From the NCBI GenBank assembly GCA_002633005.1, contig NMRA01000101.1, forward strand, positions 310,001-374,000: a stretch of DNA of 64,000 bases, written 5' to 3'. The stretch is from Phoronis australis (lineage: Eukaryota; Animalia; Phoronida). The position numbers were made by a program, and so were the translations under genes. Shown one piece after another: positions 24,474-37,212 of the stretch. The first letter of the stretch is position 1; each line of letters starts with the position of its first letter. The notes below the pieces were generated by a model, which worked only from the letters and a program-made list of their open reading frames with translations, did no database searches and had not been told where the DNA came from.

Positions 24474-26531
24474 GTAAAAATTAAGTTCACACATGTTGTT
24501 CAGATGTGAAACACGACCTTTGAGGAGTAATGAGGTTTCGAAAATACTCGAGATGTGGTGTCGGGAGTGGTTCATAACATTTCCGTACCGGGCCTAAGAC
24601 AAATCGTCAATGTCCCAATTGGTGCGCCGCAGTAGGCCTTCGCGGGACCCGTTGTTTTCTCGTCAGTGTCGCAGTTGAGCTTCATTGCCAACAGATGTCG
24701 TCTTGAGTGGAGCGCCCTCTTTTACTTCCTCATCCTCAAAACATATGACGAAATAACTTGTGATGTTTCGTCAACACCAAAAAGGGACGTATTCGCTAAA
24801 CTAGTTTCGTGTTGATATTCGATCATATATCTTATTTACAGCGACTTTTTCAAGATTAAAAGGTTTGTACAATGTGTATCAATAGTTTGGAGGGACACTG
24901 TTTCGAAACGCGGGATGACAAAGTGCCAAAGACAAAATCAAAATGGTCCTGCAAACCTAGGACTCTTAGTACTGCCTGGTTCCTAGCGCAAACTGAGTAC
25001 TATACTCGGAACACTCAGACTCGGAGTAACTCAGACAGTACTCAGTAGGAGTAGGCTTTTTCCATCTTTTACACTTCACACTCAAATCTAGTATTCCGAA
25101 GTGGTTCTCATTTATGTCCTTAATGCATTCATTCTTTTACTAGTAGTAGTGAGACCGAGCTCAGAGGAGTAGTTGACATTTGTGCTATGCTCGATTTTCT
25201 GCTAGTAAAGCCAGAATTTGAACCCGGGTCTCTCAAACGTGAGTCCGGAGCTCAAACCAGTTACCCACACTGTCTCCTCTACAGCTTTTTCAAGCCTGCC
25301 AATGTACCAACTCGAGAATGGTACATGGTATCGATAAGTAAACCACAATGGTTGCTCTTGACAAAATCTTTTCATGACAGTTCACATATCAAGTTTCAAG
25401 GTATGACACTCGGGATTAGAAATTCCACGGGTGCTTCACTTCAGCCATCCATATCAAACACAAAACTCAATAAATTTACACAAAACAGGGTTCAACAAAC
25501 CTGAGAGCAATTGTTCTTTCTTCTGATAGCATTTACAGTGTCCTGCTCGTGCGGGTTCGCATCAAATTTGCGGTCAAAACACACATTCGGTACTGGCTGG
25601 TTATTCGACAATGCTCCACAGTTGAATACATACAGAGTCCAGGCATTAGTTTTCTAAAATGACAAAGTGCCAGTGAACACTGATAAAATGGGTGATAAAA
25701 CGGTAAAGTTTGTTGTGTTCACATTGACAAAAGAGGTCGTACAACAATGTGAATTATATTCCACGAAATAGTCAATATTTTAATGAACCATAGATCAGTC
25801 GAGTTATATCAATATTTGCCTGCATGCAATGGGTATATAAAGTGTCTGCTGTGGCAGCTAATGCTGATCTAACTGATTTACATTGAGCAAAAATGTATAA
25901 AAACGATAACGGAAGTTTCATTAAACATATAGGTTCAGATATTTTCCCATTCTTTGTAAGTGCCTTGAGTGGGAGAATTCAATTTTAATTAGTAGTCTGA
26001 AGCCTCGCCCTGGCATGTTCGCTTCCTAACGGGACTTTAATTGGTGATTGAAATACGTTTGAATGGCACAAATATCTTCATACACTGAGATCACACAATG
26101 AGACTTCATTGCAATGTTGGGCTCCACATCTGCTAGGACTACTCATCACCATGCTTCTTGCTCCTTTCATAACCCAGGGGAAACTCTGAGTTGCATGTGG
26201 GTTAGACAAGTAATAAGAAATTTTCAAGGTTTCGTTGTGCGAACCACAAATTTGAAGTGGATACGAGACGGCATAACAAAATAGATTACTGTAATAGAAT
26301 TTGTGTTAATCTGTAATATGAACTGCACTTTGTGTTGGTCTGTAATGCTTATGCAGACCTCCGTCAGTAATATATGAATGTAAATTTTGATAACCATAAC
26401 TCTGTCCTATACTTCAGCAAGAATATGAAGCCTCAGTTTATGAAGACTCATTATGCAATCATTGTGATGTTCGTATATTTAGCCTTTGTGCGTAGAGAAA
26501 ATTTAACTCGATGTTTTGTATATAATTGTGC

Positions 26532-26533
26532 TG

Positions 26534-26592
<59 letters not shown>
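26532..26592. repeat. (GT)n microsatellite
   Basis: About 30 GT units with one interruption. Confidence 0.97.
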
Positions 26593-26594
<2 letters not shown>

Positions 26595-27028
26595 TCAAAT
26601 GCATTAAAGTATGGTATAATTCTTTTAGAAAATTATTCAAAAATTTAAAAAATAATCAGGTCACCAAACCTGTATTGTGCTGACAAAAATAATTTCATTT
26701 CCTGAAAAAAATTCCTAACCCTGTTTCCAGGGCTCGATATTAATTACTGTTTGATTGTCCAGGACAACTGAAAATTAGGTGTGGACAAGTTCAATTTCTA
26801 ATTTGTTGTCTGAATTACCAACCTAAAGTTATTCATAGTCGTGCACTTAGGTCAGTTCACACATGTACAGAAAGTAAATTCTGTAACCTCTTTGCAACGT
26901 ATGTATCAAAAGACTTCCAAGTGAGTTACTCGCAACCTGCTGGGAACCCCACTTCAGCCAGATATTGGCATTTGGCTGCACTGGCCGCTGGTCGGTTACT
27001 TCAAAACAACTGCGAAAAAAGTGTTTAA

Positions 27029-28564
27029 AGGAGAATGCCACCCAATTTAATTAGTCTTTTTTTGCCATCTTAATCGGTCTATATCCACATCGCCTCGCAT
27101 ACGGTCGACCTTACCTTGCCAAGAGGTGTCGCGTTAACCTGTGAGGAAGGTGAGAAACAACGCTAGCGACGTCAGTGGTTCATATGCAGAGTGAATGCCA
27201 CTATGTTGCAGTGCATCGTTGCCGCTTGTCCGAACTAAGCAGCTGCGAGGAAAGTGGGCATATCGTTTTTTTACTTCCTCGAGAGTCCGAAATGCTTAGG
27301 AAGTGGCTCATGGTAGTGGAGAATGAAATGTACGCTGTAAATAGCAAGTATGAGGCCGTGAAACATCTCCGTGTCTGTGGCCTGCAGACGTAGACAGTGC
27401 CTGACGAATGCCGGCTTACCAAATAACTCCATACGTTCCGTTGTCAGAGCTTTTTCACGGTGCCTCTCTAGTATTTCTCCATCACTGTATTCCTGTTCGA
27501 ATTGATAGCCTGTAAAACTTAACGATCCACCTGCGAAGTCATGACTGATGAGCTCTAGCTCGTCCTAAGTCGGGATTGCGAGTTGCCATGTTGACATTCA
27601 TTACTGAGCGTTCTGTTTCAAACTGAATTATTCTCACCCCAACCAATACTTATATAAAACCAAAAAAAAGTCTGTCTCATTAGATGCAATTTGTTATGTA
27701 TTTGGAGTGTTTGTCAGTGCAAAATGATTTGAGAAGCCAGCAATGAATAAACCACTGCGTTACCAGCTTTAGGTGCATTAAAACTAATTGACGGGACACC
27801 TAGGTTGTGTGAGCTCATGCTAATTTAGTGTTAGCTGGCAGAGACTGTTGTGAAACAACTCAATTTCCATCCCACGGCCAGGTGTTAGGGGAATCTTTAT
27901 TTACATTTACATTACTCAAATAATGATTGTCAATGTACAACGTCTGCCCTGACGGTGCTGTGGCCAATGCGGAACCTGAATTTGCGGCCGTGATGTCTGA
28001 TCAGTTTCCGAGCCACTGGCGGGGATAATCCGGCCGGCTGCGACGGGCCTGATCGGGCTCCGAGCCACTGGCCAGGCTAACGAGCGTTTTGTGTTTAGAA
28101 CTCAAAAAATCACAAGTCTAAACAACACAGATCTAGGTTCTTCTGTCTGTATCTCACGGAAAATACTTCGAAATTATCTCCGAACACACCCCAAACTCCT
28201 ACTACAGACCTTATTGGCCTGCCGAACTTTGTAGGCTACGGTGTGCCCAAATACCAATAAATCCGTAAGAGCGAAATAAAACAACACGTTTTTATAAGAA
28301 CTCGGTGTATTTTTAAGGGTTTTACATCGAAGTTTGATGATTTATTGGTGTTAACCGAGGACTTCAAGCGATAAACTGACACCAGTAACCTGTGTTGTGA
28401 ACTGCTGAACAGACTGCGTGTGAAACCGATGACGTCATTGGATAATTTCAACACCTCCGTCTGCCGTCAGGTGTCAGGTAACGCAACCGTACGTGTCGTT
28501 ATGGAGTAGAACTACTCGATCTAAATTGATACAAATTAGGTCGTTTTTTGGGTGGCATGCTCCT
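27029..28564 (+). mobile_element. Kolobok-like DNA transposon derivative with decayed THAP domain
   Basis: TTAA on both flanks (27025-27028, 28565-28568); 17-bp TIR aggagaatgccacccaa / ttgggtggcatgctcct (1 mismatch). From 27203 a broken frame reads MLQCIVAACPN*...GISFF/LPRESEMLRKWL...HLRVCGL, a THAP C2CH pattern with a stop and a frameshift. Confidence 0.8.
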
Positions 28565-29339
28565 TTAAATATTTAAAACTAAACTTGTTAACAGAATTAC
28601 ATGATTTTTTCCGTCTAATAAATTATAATAATTGCGCTAAACGTTTGACATTCTCATCTCCTGTAATTACAGCATTGATGTTTTCCAGCATTTTTTGATT
28701 CGCCGTCTGCTCCGCACTGTATTGAAACATAATGAGTTCAATAACTATGTATTTCAAAAGCCTATCTTCTTGTTCCAGTGACAAAAACAAAAAAATAAAA
28801 TGAATATTAACTGAAAAGGAAATCTGAATTTGTGCCCAAGCTGGAGGAGGTCAATGGAGGAGATGACCTCAGTTCAGTGTAACTGCTTTGTTAAATATAA
28901 TTTGTTTAAACTACAGATTGTAATTCATTCCTTTAAATTTTTGGACAAGCTCATTTTGGATTCTGACACGCTGAATTGAAGTAAAGTTGTCCGAAAGGAC
29001 AATCAGTTAAGGCACGCAGCTCTCCATCTGTGCTGACTCTATGACAAAGGACTGTCAAATTTGGAGCAATCACGGTGTGGTGGCATGCATGTCGGTAATT
29101 TTGATTCGCTTATTTGCTACTACGCTAAAATTATCCAATTTGGGGCAGTCTCTAGAGTGAGTTTATACTTTGTTTGCTGTGAATGGTTAACACGATTGTT
29201 GGTGATCACAGATGGGTCTTCTCAGCTGTTCAATTTGTTCCGTTCCTCGAAGGGTGTTTTACCTCATGCAAATGTTTTGGTTTGTTGTTGTGGCACCAAA
29301 TCCCTCATGCCCAAATTTGGCTATGTGATGTTTCTGACT

Positions 29340-30400
29340 GGTGTTACAAAGAATAAAAGGCACTGAGTGGATAGGACGACCGGAGCGGATTTTTAGGTGG
29401 ATTTTTCTACCGCTGTTCTCACTTGTGGCAATTTTATTCATATACTCAGAGTTCCTTCGTGCATTTTCATGAAGTTTGGCCTGTAGGTTTCTATTATGGA
29501 TTCGACATCTCATTTTCAAGCAGATTCTACGTAATCTGTGCCCCCTAGTTGCCATTTCTATATCTGTTTTCGACATCCACCTCTCTATCCGCCAATGTGC
29601 TCGAAGGATCATTATGAAAGTTTACAGAACTTTGTGTTAGTTGTTGAGGTGGGCACGCTGATCTTGGTTTTCGAACATTCCAAACTGCCGAAGCTCTGTG
29701 GCATCCCCTAGGAGCAACGTGGCTCTTTGCGCATGCCTCCATATCTTGCAAGTTCGTTGTTGGATTCTCATGATGTTTGCCAAATAGGTTTCTACTAAGG
29801 AGATGATACCGCATTCCCATGTATGGAGTTAACCTAGGCTGCACCCCTAGTGGTCACTGTTATTATTTTTGTATCTATTTTTGGTGTATGCCTCTCTGTC
29901 CGCAAATGGTCTTGAAGGAGTATTTTAAAATTTTACGGATATATTCCTATTGAGATGATGGCTGACATCATGTGTAAAAGTACCGGTGAGCCCCTAATGG
30001 CCTAATGGCAAATTATGTTTTGCCTGTGCTTTGATATAACTTCAGAAACTTTTGTCTTTTGTGTTCTAGTGGAGGAGAGTATGTCTGACGTTGAGTTTAG
30101 GTGGAGTCGGACTGTTGTGGCATCCCCTCGTGGTAATTTAGATTTTATTTATACATGACTATAGTCTATATCTTCCTAGTTCCTTGGTGGATGGTCACAA
30201 AATTTGGCCATTAAGTTTCTATGAAGGAGGCAACACTTGTGGTTCTTAGTGGGCTTTATTTTATGTATAACATGGCATTAATGAACACCCCAAAAGTGTA
30301 CCGTCTGCGTGCAGTCATTCTGTGGTACGTGCAGTCCTGTCTGTGGTGCGTGCGCCGTGCAGTCATGGTCACATTTCAATGCTTTGTGTTGTCCTTGTAA
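29340..30400 (+). mobile_element. HINE-family element (diverged copy; left boundary approximate)
   Basis: ccccctagt.gcc / ttttcatgaa.tttgg subrepeats; 3' end catttcaatgctttgtgttgtccttgt like the other copies. Confidence 0.65.
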
Positions 30401-32085
30401 ACATCTTGTTTACATTATTGTTTAATAATTTATTGACCTAAATATTTCCATAGTAGTTCTGGCATGGCTTTGTTTATTCCCATTTCCTTATTTGTGAGGA
30501 AGTAAACAAAACAGCTGTGACATCAATTGGTATACAGCCAATCTAGGTGATCAGTCTTGTGGTTTGTGTACAGGCCAGGAAATAATAAATCTCCTTGCTG
30601 GTGATGGTTGACCCCACTTATTCAGGTTACTATTGTGTTAATCAAGTCAAGGATTGGCTCTAACTCCAGGTACATGGTTCAGTGAAGCAAAGGTGTCAGT
30701 GTTGATGATCAATATCAAGGGAGGTCAATATCCCAAGTTGTTACTTTGTTAGTCATGTAGAGATGTGGAGAACCTCATGTGTAACTATGTGTATTTAGTC
30801 AAATATATACAAAACTACAGATTTTAAATTATTTAAAATATGTATTTTCTGAAAATGTAAAGTCAGTGGTTAGATTTTTTTACTTTAAATCAACCTACTC
30901 TTAATTGGGTAAGGTGACCATGTCTTTTTATTACAATTTAGCAAAAAAATAAAGGTACTTTCATAGCATGATGTCATCAGTGACATTACCAAATTTCATA
31001 TGATTTGAATGTTCAAAATGAAGTCTGAAAATCAATGTTACAATTTTTAAAATTATCATTTCGCTTTCATTTTATTCAACTTTTTTAGTTTTTTCATCCT
31101 ATCAGTAAAGTCTTAGCAGTTTGGAGAGCAGTGCTTAAAGTTTGGTAATGTTTCATATGAATCCGGTCAGCCATTTTTGAGATATGATATTTCAAAGTTG
31201 AGCAAAATCATTGGACATTTTTCTATGGTCTTACCGATGTGGACGTGGAACTCTAGAAAAAAGTCCTAATTTGGTCAACTTGGCTGCGTCATATCTCATA
31301 AATGGCTGATGGGATTCAAATGAAACTTTCAGATATACTTGATGCACTGTATTGTTTTTTATGAATTGTTATTAAAATGTTACACTTTTTTATGAGGGCT
31401 ATCAGAATTAGGACTTCTTTGATTTTATGACAAAAATGAGAAGTTACATAAAACAAAATAATTTAGAAAACATCATCTTTGCTATTTTGTTTTTGAGCAT
31501 TTATGTTAAAAGAAGTTCGGTCATGTTTTTGATACCATTCAGTATTTTATACCATTTACTAATAAAAAGCATATTTTTTGAAGAGCTCTACTTCAACAGG
31601 ATTGCTTCAGTAAAACACTGTTACTGTTCATATATAATGTATGTAGAATGACCTTCAAATAATTCTCATCATTGGCCACTTTTGCATTGTGTAAAAACAA
31701 CATTTTGAGTACAATCAACATTTCACTCGTGAACAGCCTTTGCATGAAAAGAATCCTATGTTGACATCCTCATCGATCGATATTGAGCAACTTGACTGGT
31801 TTGTGTGAATCGAAATCTGCGCATTGGTCAGTGATACCTTGCTGTTGTAGTTAATTATCACCTCAGTCTGCTCATGTTATTGTTCTCTAGATTATGGGAC
31901 CAATTATAAACACAGTGGAGGTAACAATAGTATTTTTAAATTTTCACTGTGAAAGTTTTTAAATAGCATATCTGAGTATGTCTTGAAAAGTGTATGTAAT
32001 TAGGTCTTAGAATTCTGAAAATTAGACAAGAAATGGGACTTTTACAACCTAAAGTTTTTTAACAATGTTGCTGAAATATTCTTCT

Positions 32086-32335
32086 TATGCGCGCACACAG
32101 CCTAAAAATGGGGGGCTCGAATTTTTGAGAATGTGAACCTTTTACTAAAATTTGCGGGATACGTTCAGAACTATGAATTTAATTGTGCATTCTCCGAATT
32201 TGGGTAGTTCCTACCTTTTTAGTGAACTTTTGTCTCGTTTTCTACTTTTTTCCTGAGTTTTTGTTTCTCTGAGTCACACATTTTTGTGTACTTTGCCAAA
32301 TGGGGGCTCATTTGAGCCCCCTGGGTGCGCGCATA
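32086..32335. mobile_element. MITE with ATGCGCGCAC TIRs
   Basis: tatgcgcgcaca...gggtgcgcgcata; related to 57475-57727. Confidence 0.6.
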
Positions 32336-34087
32336 CTACTCATTAATTCTGCTGGGCGTGTAAAATAATTGGGCCAATTACCAAACCAGCAGGCAGCAGT
32401 TGGATTTTGAGGTAAGCCAACTGCCATTATACAGCTCTTGGCATGGAAATGGTCACTGCTTCAAACTGCCTTTACACGTTGTCGGGTTTGTACCGTGTGC
32501 GTTTATTTCAAGTGATTTGGCAAGTTTCCATATTCAAATGGCTAATTATGGTTTAAGTGTTACGGTAATTATATTCAATAACGATAACCAGGAAATTACT
32601 GAGAAAAAAGAAATTGTGAAATACTATTGGAAAGCAGTTTACTGGTGTAAATGGGTATTGTGCTGTGAAAGTGTGAGGGGATTGCGTAACTCGAGTGGAA
32701 ATTTCCACTTTTGTATTGCTGCTTCCGTTGTCCATTGCCAAGTAATTTTCCATTCTAATCTAAATTTATGTTTCTTTGTGAAATTACGTCAAGTCAAAGG
32801 ATTTCAAAATGTTGTAGTAAAACTCCATTTAAGCAAATCAAAAGAACATTCGAATTTTAGATGTGGTTTGTATGGTTGATGTTATTTAAGTTTGGATGAG
32901 TTGGATGTTCTTGTATATTTCTGTTCATCTACATGGTGGGGTGTTTTAGCTAATCGTTGCTTCCTGTAAATATGATTCTGTTTTTGTCCTTATCTGATGT
33001 CACTTGAGATGTTGACGTGTGTCAAGTGTCGTCATGCTAAAGAATAAAGGAGTGACTGTCCCCTCCCATGAGGATTGTGAAGGTCTTCTCTAAATAGAAT
33101 TACAAAGTGAGTGCTGCCCGTGCTCACCTAAAGCCACCTTTCCAATAAATTTGCCCTTGGATTATTTTTTCACTTGTGAAATTTTATTTTCTAAAATTTT
33201 GAACAACACAAAGTTGAGTTTGACTAATGAGAGAGCCGTGTGTCATTGTTGAATACCACAAGTCCCTCCATTAAACCATGACAGCTAACAGATCAAGGAG
33301 AGAGATTAGCTCCTACTTCTCTGCCCCCTGTTGGCTATTTGTGTCAGTTGTTTGTGAGGCAGTAAGTTTCGAAATAGCCTGATGGTTTATAGTCAACTGG
33401 TGTTTAAAGCACTCTGCCTAATCTTCCTACTGCCTTGTAATGACCTTCCTTTATGGATTTTGAAGTTATTCCATGCATTTATAAGTGCATTTGGGAAGGT
33501 CTGCTACATTCAAAATATGTTCATTGATGTTTTTTCACTGATACACTACTGTTGTGATTTAAGGAGTTTAGTTCGAAAAATACACTGGTAGTGCCCCCCT
33601 CAATTGAACTCTCCTCTTTCGCGGAGATAGAAAAATGCATTACATGACTGACATACTCTTTTGAAATGTAGGGCACTCCTCAGTTGATTAACAAGTTAAG
33701 AACAATACATTATGCAACAAGGTCTGATATTTGCCTTTCTTGCCAATTTCTTGGTGCCTGCATTATAACTCAAGATGCTTTACAATTATGAATTGCATAA
33801 CAATTGGTACGACTTGAGATAGTGACTGTCTAGTACATTTGCATTTGGAGAAGCTAGACGAGTACTTGTCCTGTTTGTTGCATTGTGAGTAAAGAGCTTA
33901 AAGTGAGAGTGGTGCTGTAGTGTTTCAGGATGGCTCTGAAAGAATTTCTGTACATTTTAAGTGTTCTTTAGAATGCATTGTTGGAACGCATGAATATGCA
34001 ATCAGTCTACATCCTCTGTGAACAACAAACAGTACATTTTATGTTTGTTATACCTCTTCCAGATCTCCATCTCAAGACAATCCAGTC

Positions 34088-34456
34088 ATGCCTCCCAAAA
34101 TGACAAATGGTGATACGAAAGGGTCTAGCAAGTCGAAGAGCAAATGGGGTGAAAAGTATAGTGAGGACTATTACCTAAAGCGACAGCGAAACAATGACGC
34201 TGTCCGGAAGAGTCGTGAGAAGAGCAGAAGTCGTGCCAAAAACATTCAGGAGAAGGTGCAGATGCTGAGACAAGAAAATAGCCAATTGGAGTCAAAGGTG
34301 GAAATCCTGAGCAAGGAATTGAATGTACTACAGGATTTGTTCATGGCTCATGCTGACGGAGTTTATCCCGGGGCTTCTAGGTGCAGCGCTGAGCCACCTA
34401 CCAGCCCTGTGAACAAAGAAGCCTTGAACAAGGATCATAAATACGCAACAAACTAG
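34088..34456 (+). CDS. CEBPG: C/EBP gamma (short bZIP-only C/EBP), 122 aa
   Basis: YYLKRQRNNDAVRKSREKSR...LRQENSQLESKVEILSKELNVLQDLFMAHA shows the gamma-type KSRxKS and LFxxHA features and has no activation domain. A splice acceptor (cctcttccag, 34062) lies just upstream of the ATG, consistent with a 5'-UTR intron as in vertebrate CEBPG. Confidence 0.9.
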   Translation: MPPKMTNGDTKGSSKSKSKWGEKYSEDYYLKRQRNNDAVRKSREKSRSRAKNIQEKVQMLRQENSQLESKVEILSKELNVLQDLFMAHADGVYPGASRCSAEPPTSPVNKEALNKDHKYATN

Positions 34457-34759
34457 GGAAGGCCCTTCATGTTTGGTCACATGTGATGAAGTTACAACGG
34501 CCCACAGCTCTTTTGCTTTAGTGAAGCCCAGAGCATGGATCATGCCGAGGTAAAGATGGCTTACTCTCTTTGTTCAAAATGGAAGTTCCGATCATGGATC
34601 AGAAAAACTTGAATATGCAGCTAAAATCTGTCAGTTACCTGCAAAAAGTCTTGAATGGGACTAAGAGACCTTCCAGGTTCATGTGTCAGATGGTGAGGAC
34701 TGTGGATCAGGAAAATATGAAGAGAAAGATAAGACCTGCCTGATATTTGCATCAGAAAG

Positions 34760-35026
34760 CAGTGCTTGACACTTTACTTAATGCCAAATTGCATATGGCG
34801 TAAATCCAAGGTCGCCAAAGGAAATCTGAGGTCGCCAAAACTGATGTCGAAATTGTCGACTTTAAGTTTGGAAGTCAACACAAACTTTGAAACAAATTTT
34901 GGGTTAATTATTGTCTAACTTAGATACTCGCAATGGTGACTTTATGGTGACCTGGGATTTTTTCCAGGTTGTTAAACACATTCTGAGGCCGCATTGGCGA
35001 CTTGCAGGTTGCAAAATCGAGCACTA
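34760..35026. mobile_element. Probable hAT-type MITE in the C/EBP gamma 3' UTR
   Basis: cagtgcttga...tcgagcacta ends, internal gtcgcca/tggcgac inverted motifs; flanked by a duplicated 38-mer at 34701 and 35040. Confidence 0.45.
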
Positions 35027-36287
35027 AGGTAGTGCGGATTGTGGATCAGAAAAATATGAAGAGAAAGATAAGACCTGGCAGGTTTGTACATCATATGGTA
35101 TGGATTGTGGATAAAAAAAGACCGTATGAAGATAAAGTGACGACCTGTGTAGAGAACCGTGGGTGATGGAGATGTGGCCAGTTAGACAAGGCAAACCAAC
35201 ATTGGGTTGTGTAAGCGTGGTCTTGAACATCTATTGGTATTATGTGACAAGCTATGTAACATGTACTATGTATTACCTCATGTTGATCTCTCCTTTACAG
35301 TTTTTGGATTATCATCAACTGTCAAAAAGCTTGAAGAGCTTGTCAATACTTTAAAACCACTGCACGTCACCACCAATAAAGGTCAAAGAAATGAGTTTTA
35401 AATGGCAATTTTAGCTTTTTAGTAGATTTATGTAAAAACACTTCAAGCCAGAAATGTGGTACCATGACCAAGTTACACATTGTGTATGGGACTGGCTGAA
35501 TCACTGTTGTATTGGTTTCAGTTCCAGTTCCTGGTATCACTGCTCCAGTCAAGAGTACTCTAACTCTAATTCTTATTATAAGAGTTTGTCAATACTGGAT
35601 GTTAATACAATATATGTCCAATATAATTTTATGTACAAATTTTTGTAAGAGAGTTGGGACTGAAAGCCTGCAGACATCTGTACAATCAGTTGTCAGAAGT
35701 GAAAACTGCTGACATCTCTACCATCACTCACAGTTGTCAGAACTCAAAGCGAGGGAATGTATCTTACTTGGACTAGTTGATGTTTTCATTCTATAGCAAC
35801 TAAAATGTGCCAAATTAACCAAAAGGGCATTCAAAAAGGTAACAATCCTCTTTGAATAAGTGACAGTCATGTGCAAGACAACTTCCAGAAAATACAACAT
35901 TGAAGTGAGAGATACTATAGTCATCTAGGCATGTGGTTGGTTTGAACAAACTTGCTGGTAACTAAAATGTCAAAGTTTGCGTTTTCCAAAGACTTTCCAC
36001 TTTTACAGGTGGTCACAAGTATTATTGGTGTTTAGTACTGCACAAGCTGTTCAGTTACCAACTTTTAAATAAATGAATTTTCTTAGCATTTATTTTTTTC
36101 GAGAACTATGAATCTTTGTTTTACTGTGTATGAGAATTGTGTTTGGGGGTGTGGTTGGAGTGTTGTGTTACAAGTTATCTTGGTTTCACTGTCCCTGCCT
36201 AAAGTGAAAGACAAGACACTGTTTATGAATCCCAAAAGCATTTATGGATTTTCATGGTAGGTGTTATCACATTGTGAAAAACATGCG

Positions 36288-36391
36288 TCTGTTGAGGCTG
36301 CCATCTATTGTGATGTAGCATAGTTGGTTCTGTCAAATACTGTTGAGGCTGCCATCTATTGTGATGTAGCATAGTTGGTTCTGTCAAATAC
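36288..36391. repeat. 52-bp tandem duplication
   Basis: ctgttgaggctgccatctattgtgatgtagcatagttggttctgtcaaata occurs twice. Confidence 0.9.
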
Positions 36392-36987
36392 TCTGATATG
36401 TGATGAAGTGGCACTGGTGTAATTATGCAGTTTTTAAACTGCAGTTTCTGTCAAAAACAACTTCTAATTGCCCATGTCCTATTCTTTACTGACTAGGCGT
36501 GAGAGGAGCTCTCTGGTCGTTATCATAAAACTGGGCTCCTGAAGGTTGCTTGTTATAGTGGGTAACTTTCAACCAGAGAATCAGTATTGCTGTCAGGAAT
36601 TTCCTGCAGAGTTTTGTAATAAATATAGGATTGTTACACCATTGCTTTGGGAGAGTAATTTCGTCTGTGAACAGAGTTGAAGTTTGAACACATAGTTTAG
36701 AGAGGCTGTAAGTTTATCGGATGAATTGTGTCTCTCTGTTCTTGGTGTCAGGCAACATGTCTCATTTAGTAATCATTGAATTCTAATGCACATTTTTATT
36801 TTATACCTCTGAATATTATACTTTGTTGTGGCATATGCCAGTAAATGTCTAGATTGTCTCTTCTCAATCAGTAAATTGAACTCTGGGGACAATTTCCTTG
36901 ACGAACTTGTTTCTTCCTCATGTTGGTCAGTCAAATGGCGCCAAACGGGTGTTATTGCGTCAAAGATGAAATTTTGAGCTACCAAGA

Positions 36988-36999
36988 AATAAATTTATT
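36988..36999. terminator. Palindromic back-to-back polyadenylation signals (AATAAATTTATT)
   Basis: AATAAA on + at 36988-36993 and on - at 36999-36994, 98 nt after the stop of the minus-strand gene. Confidence 0.6.
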
Positions 37000-37096
37000 G
37001 AACATACGTCTGTTGCTATTGAAAACTGTGACGTGACAAACAGGCTACTTTAGACTTTCTTAATTTGGGAATGGTAAGTTGGTAAATTGTAGTTAT

Positions 37097-37212
37097 CTAA
37101 TCTTGTCTGTGTTTGTTGCCCCTCTGTTTTTCATGCTTGTGAGGGTGCTGGCGAGTGGGTTTGGGCTCATCTCCGGATCCGTGGCCGTGAGGGGGCCGAG
37201 TCATGCGCTCTT
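37097..37212 (-). CDS. Kazal-repeat gene last exon (tail repeat plus stop)
   Basis: ERMTRPPHGHGSGDEPKPTRQHPHKHEKQRGNKHRQD*. Confidence 0.82.

Noticed and set aside
28429-28483. Candidate C/EBPgamma first exon (CRE plus cag|gtaac donor)
   Set aside because: Lies inside the Kolobok-like element; the non-coding first exon cannot be placed from sequence alone
32400-32879. 159-aa ORF
   Set aside because: TTG start, no domain signature, lies in the probable C/EBPgamma 5' intron
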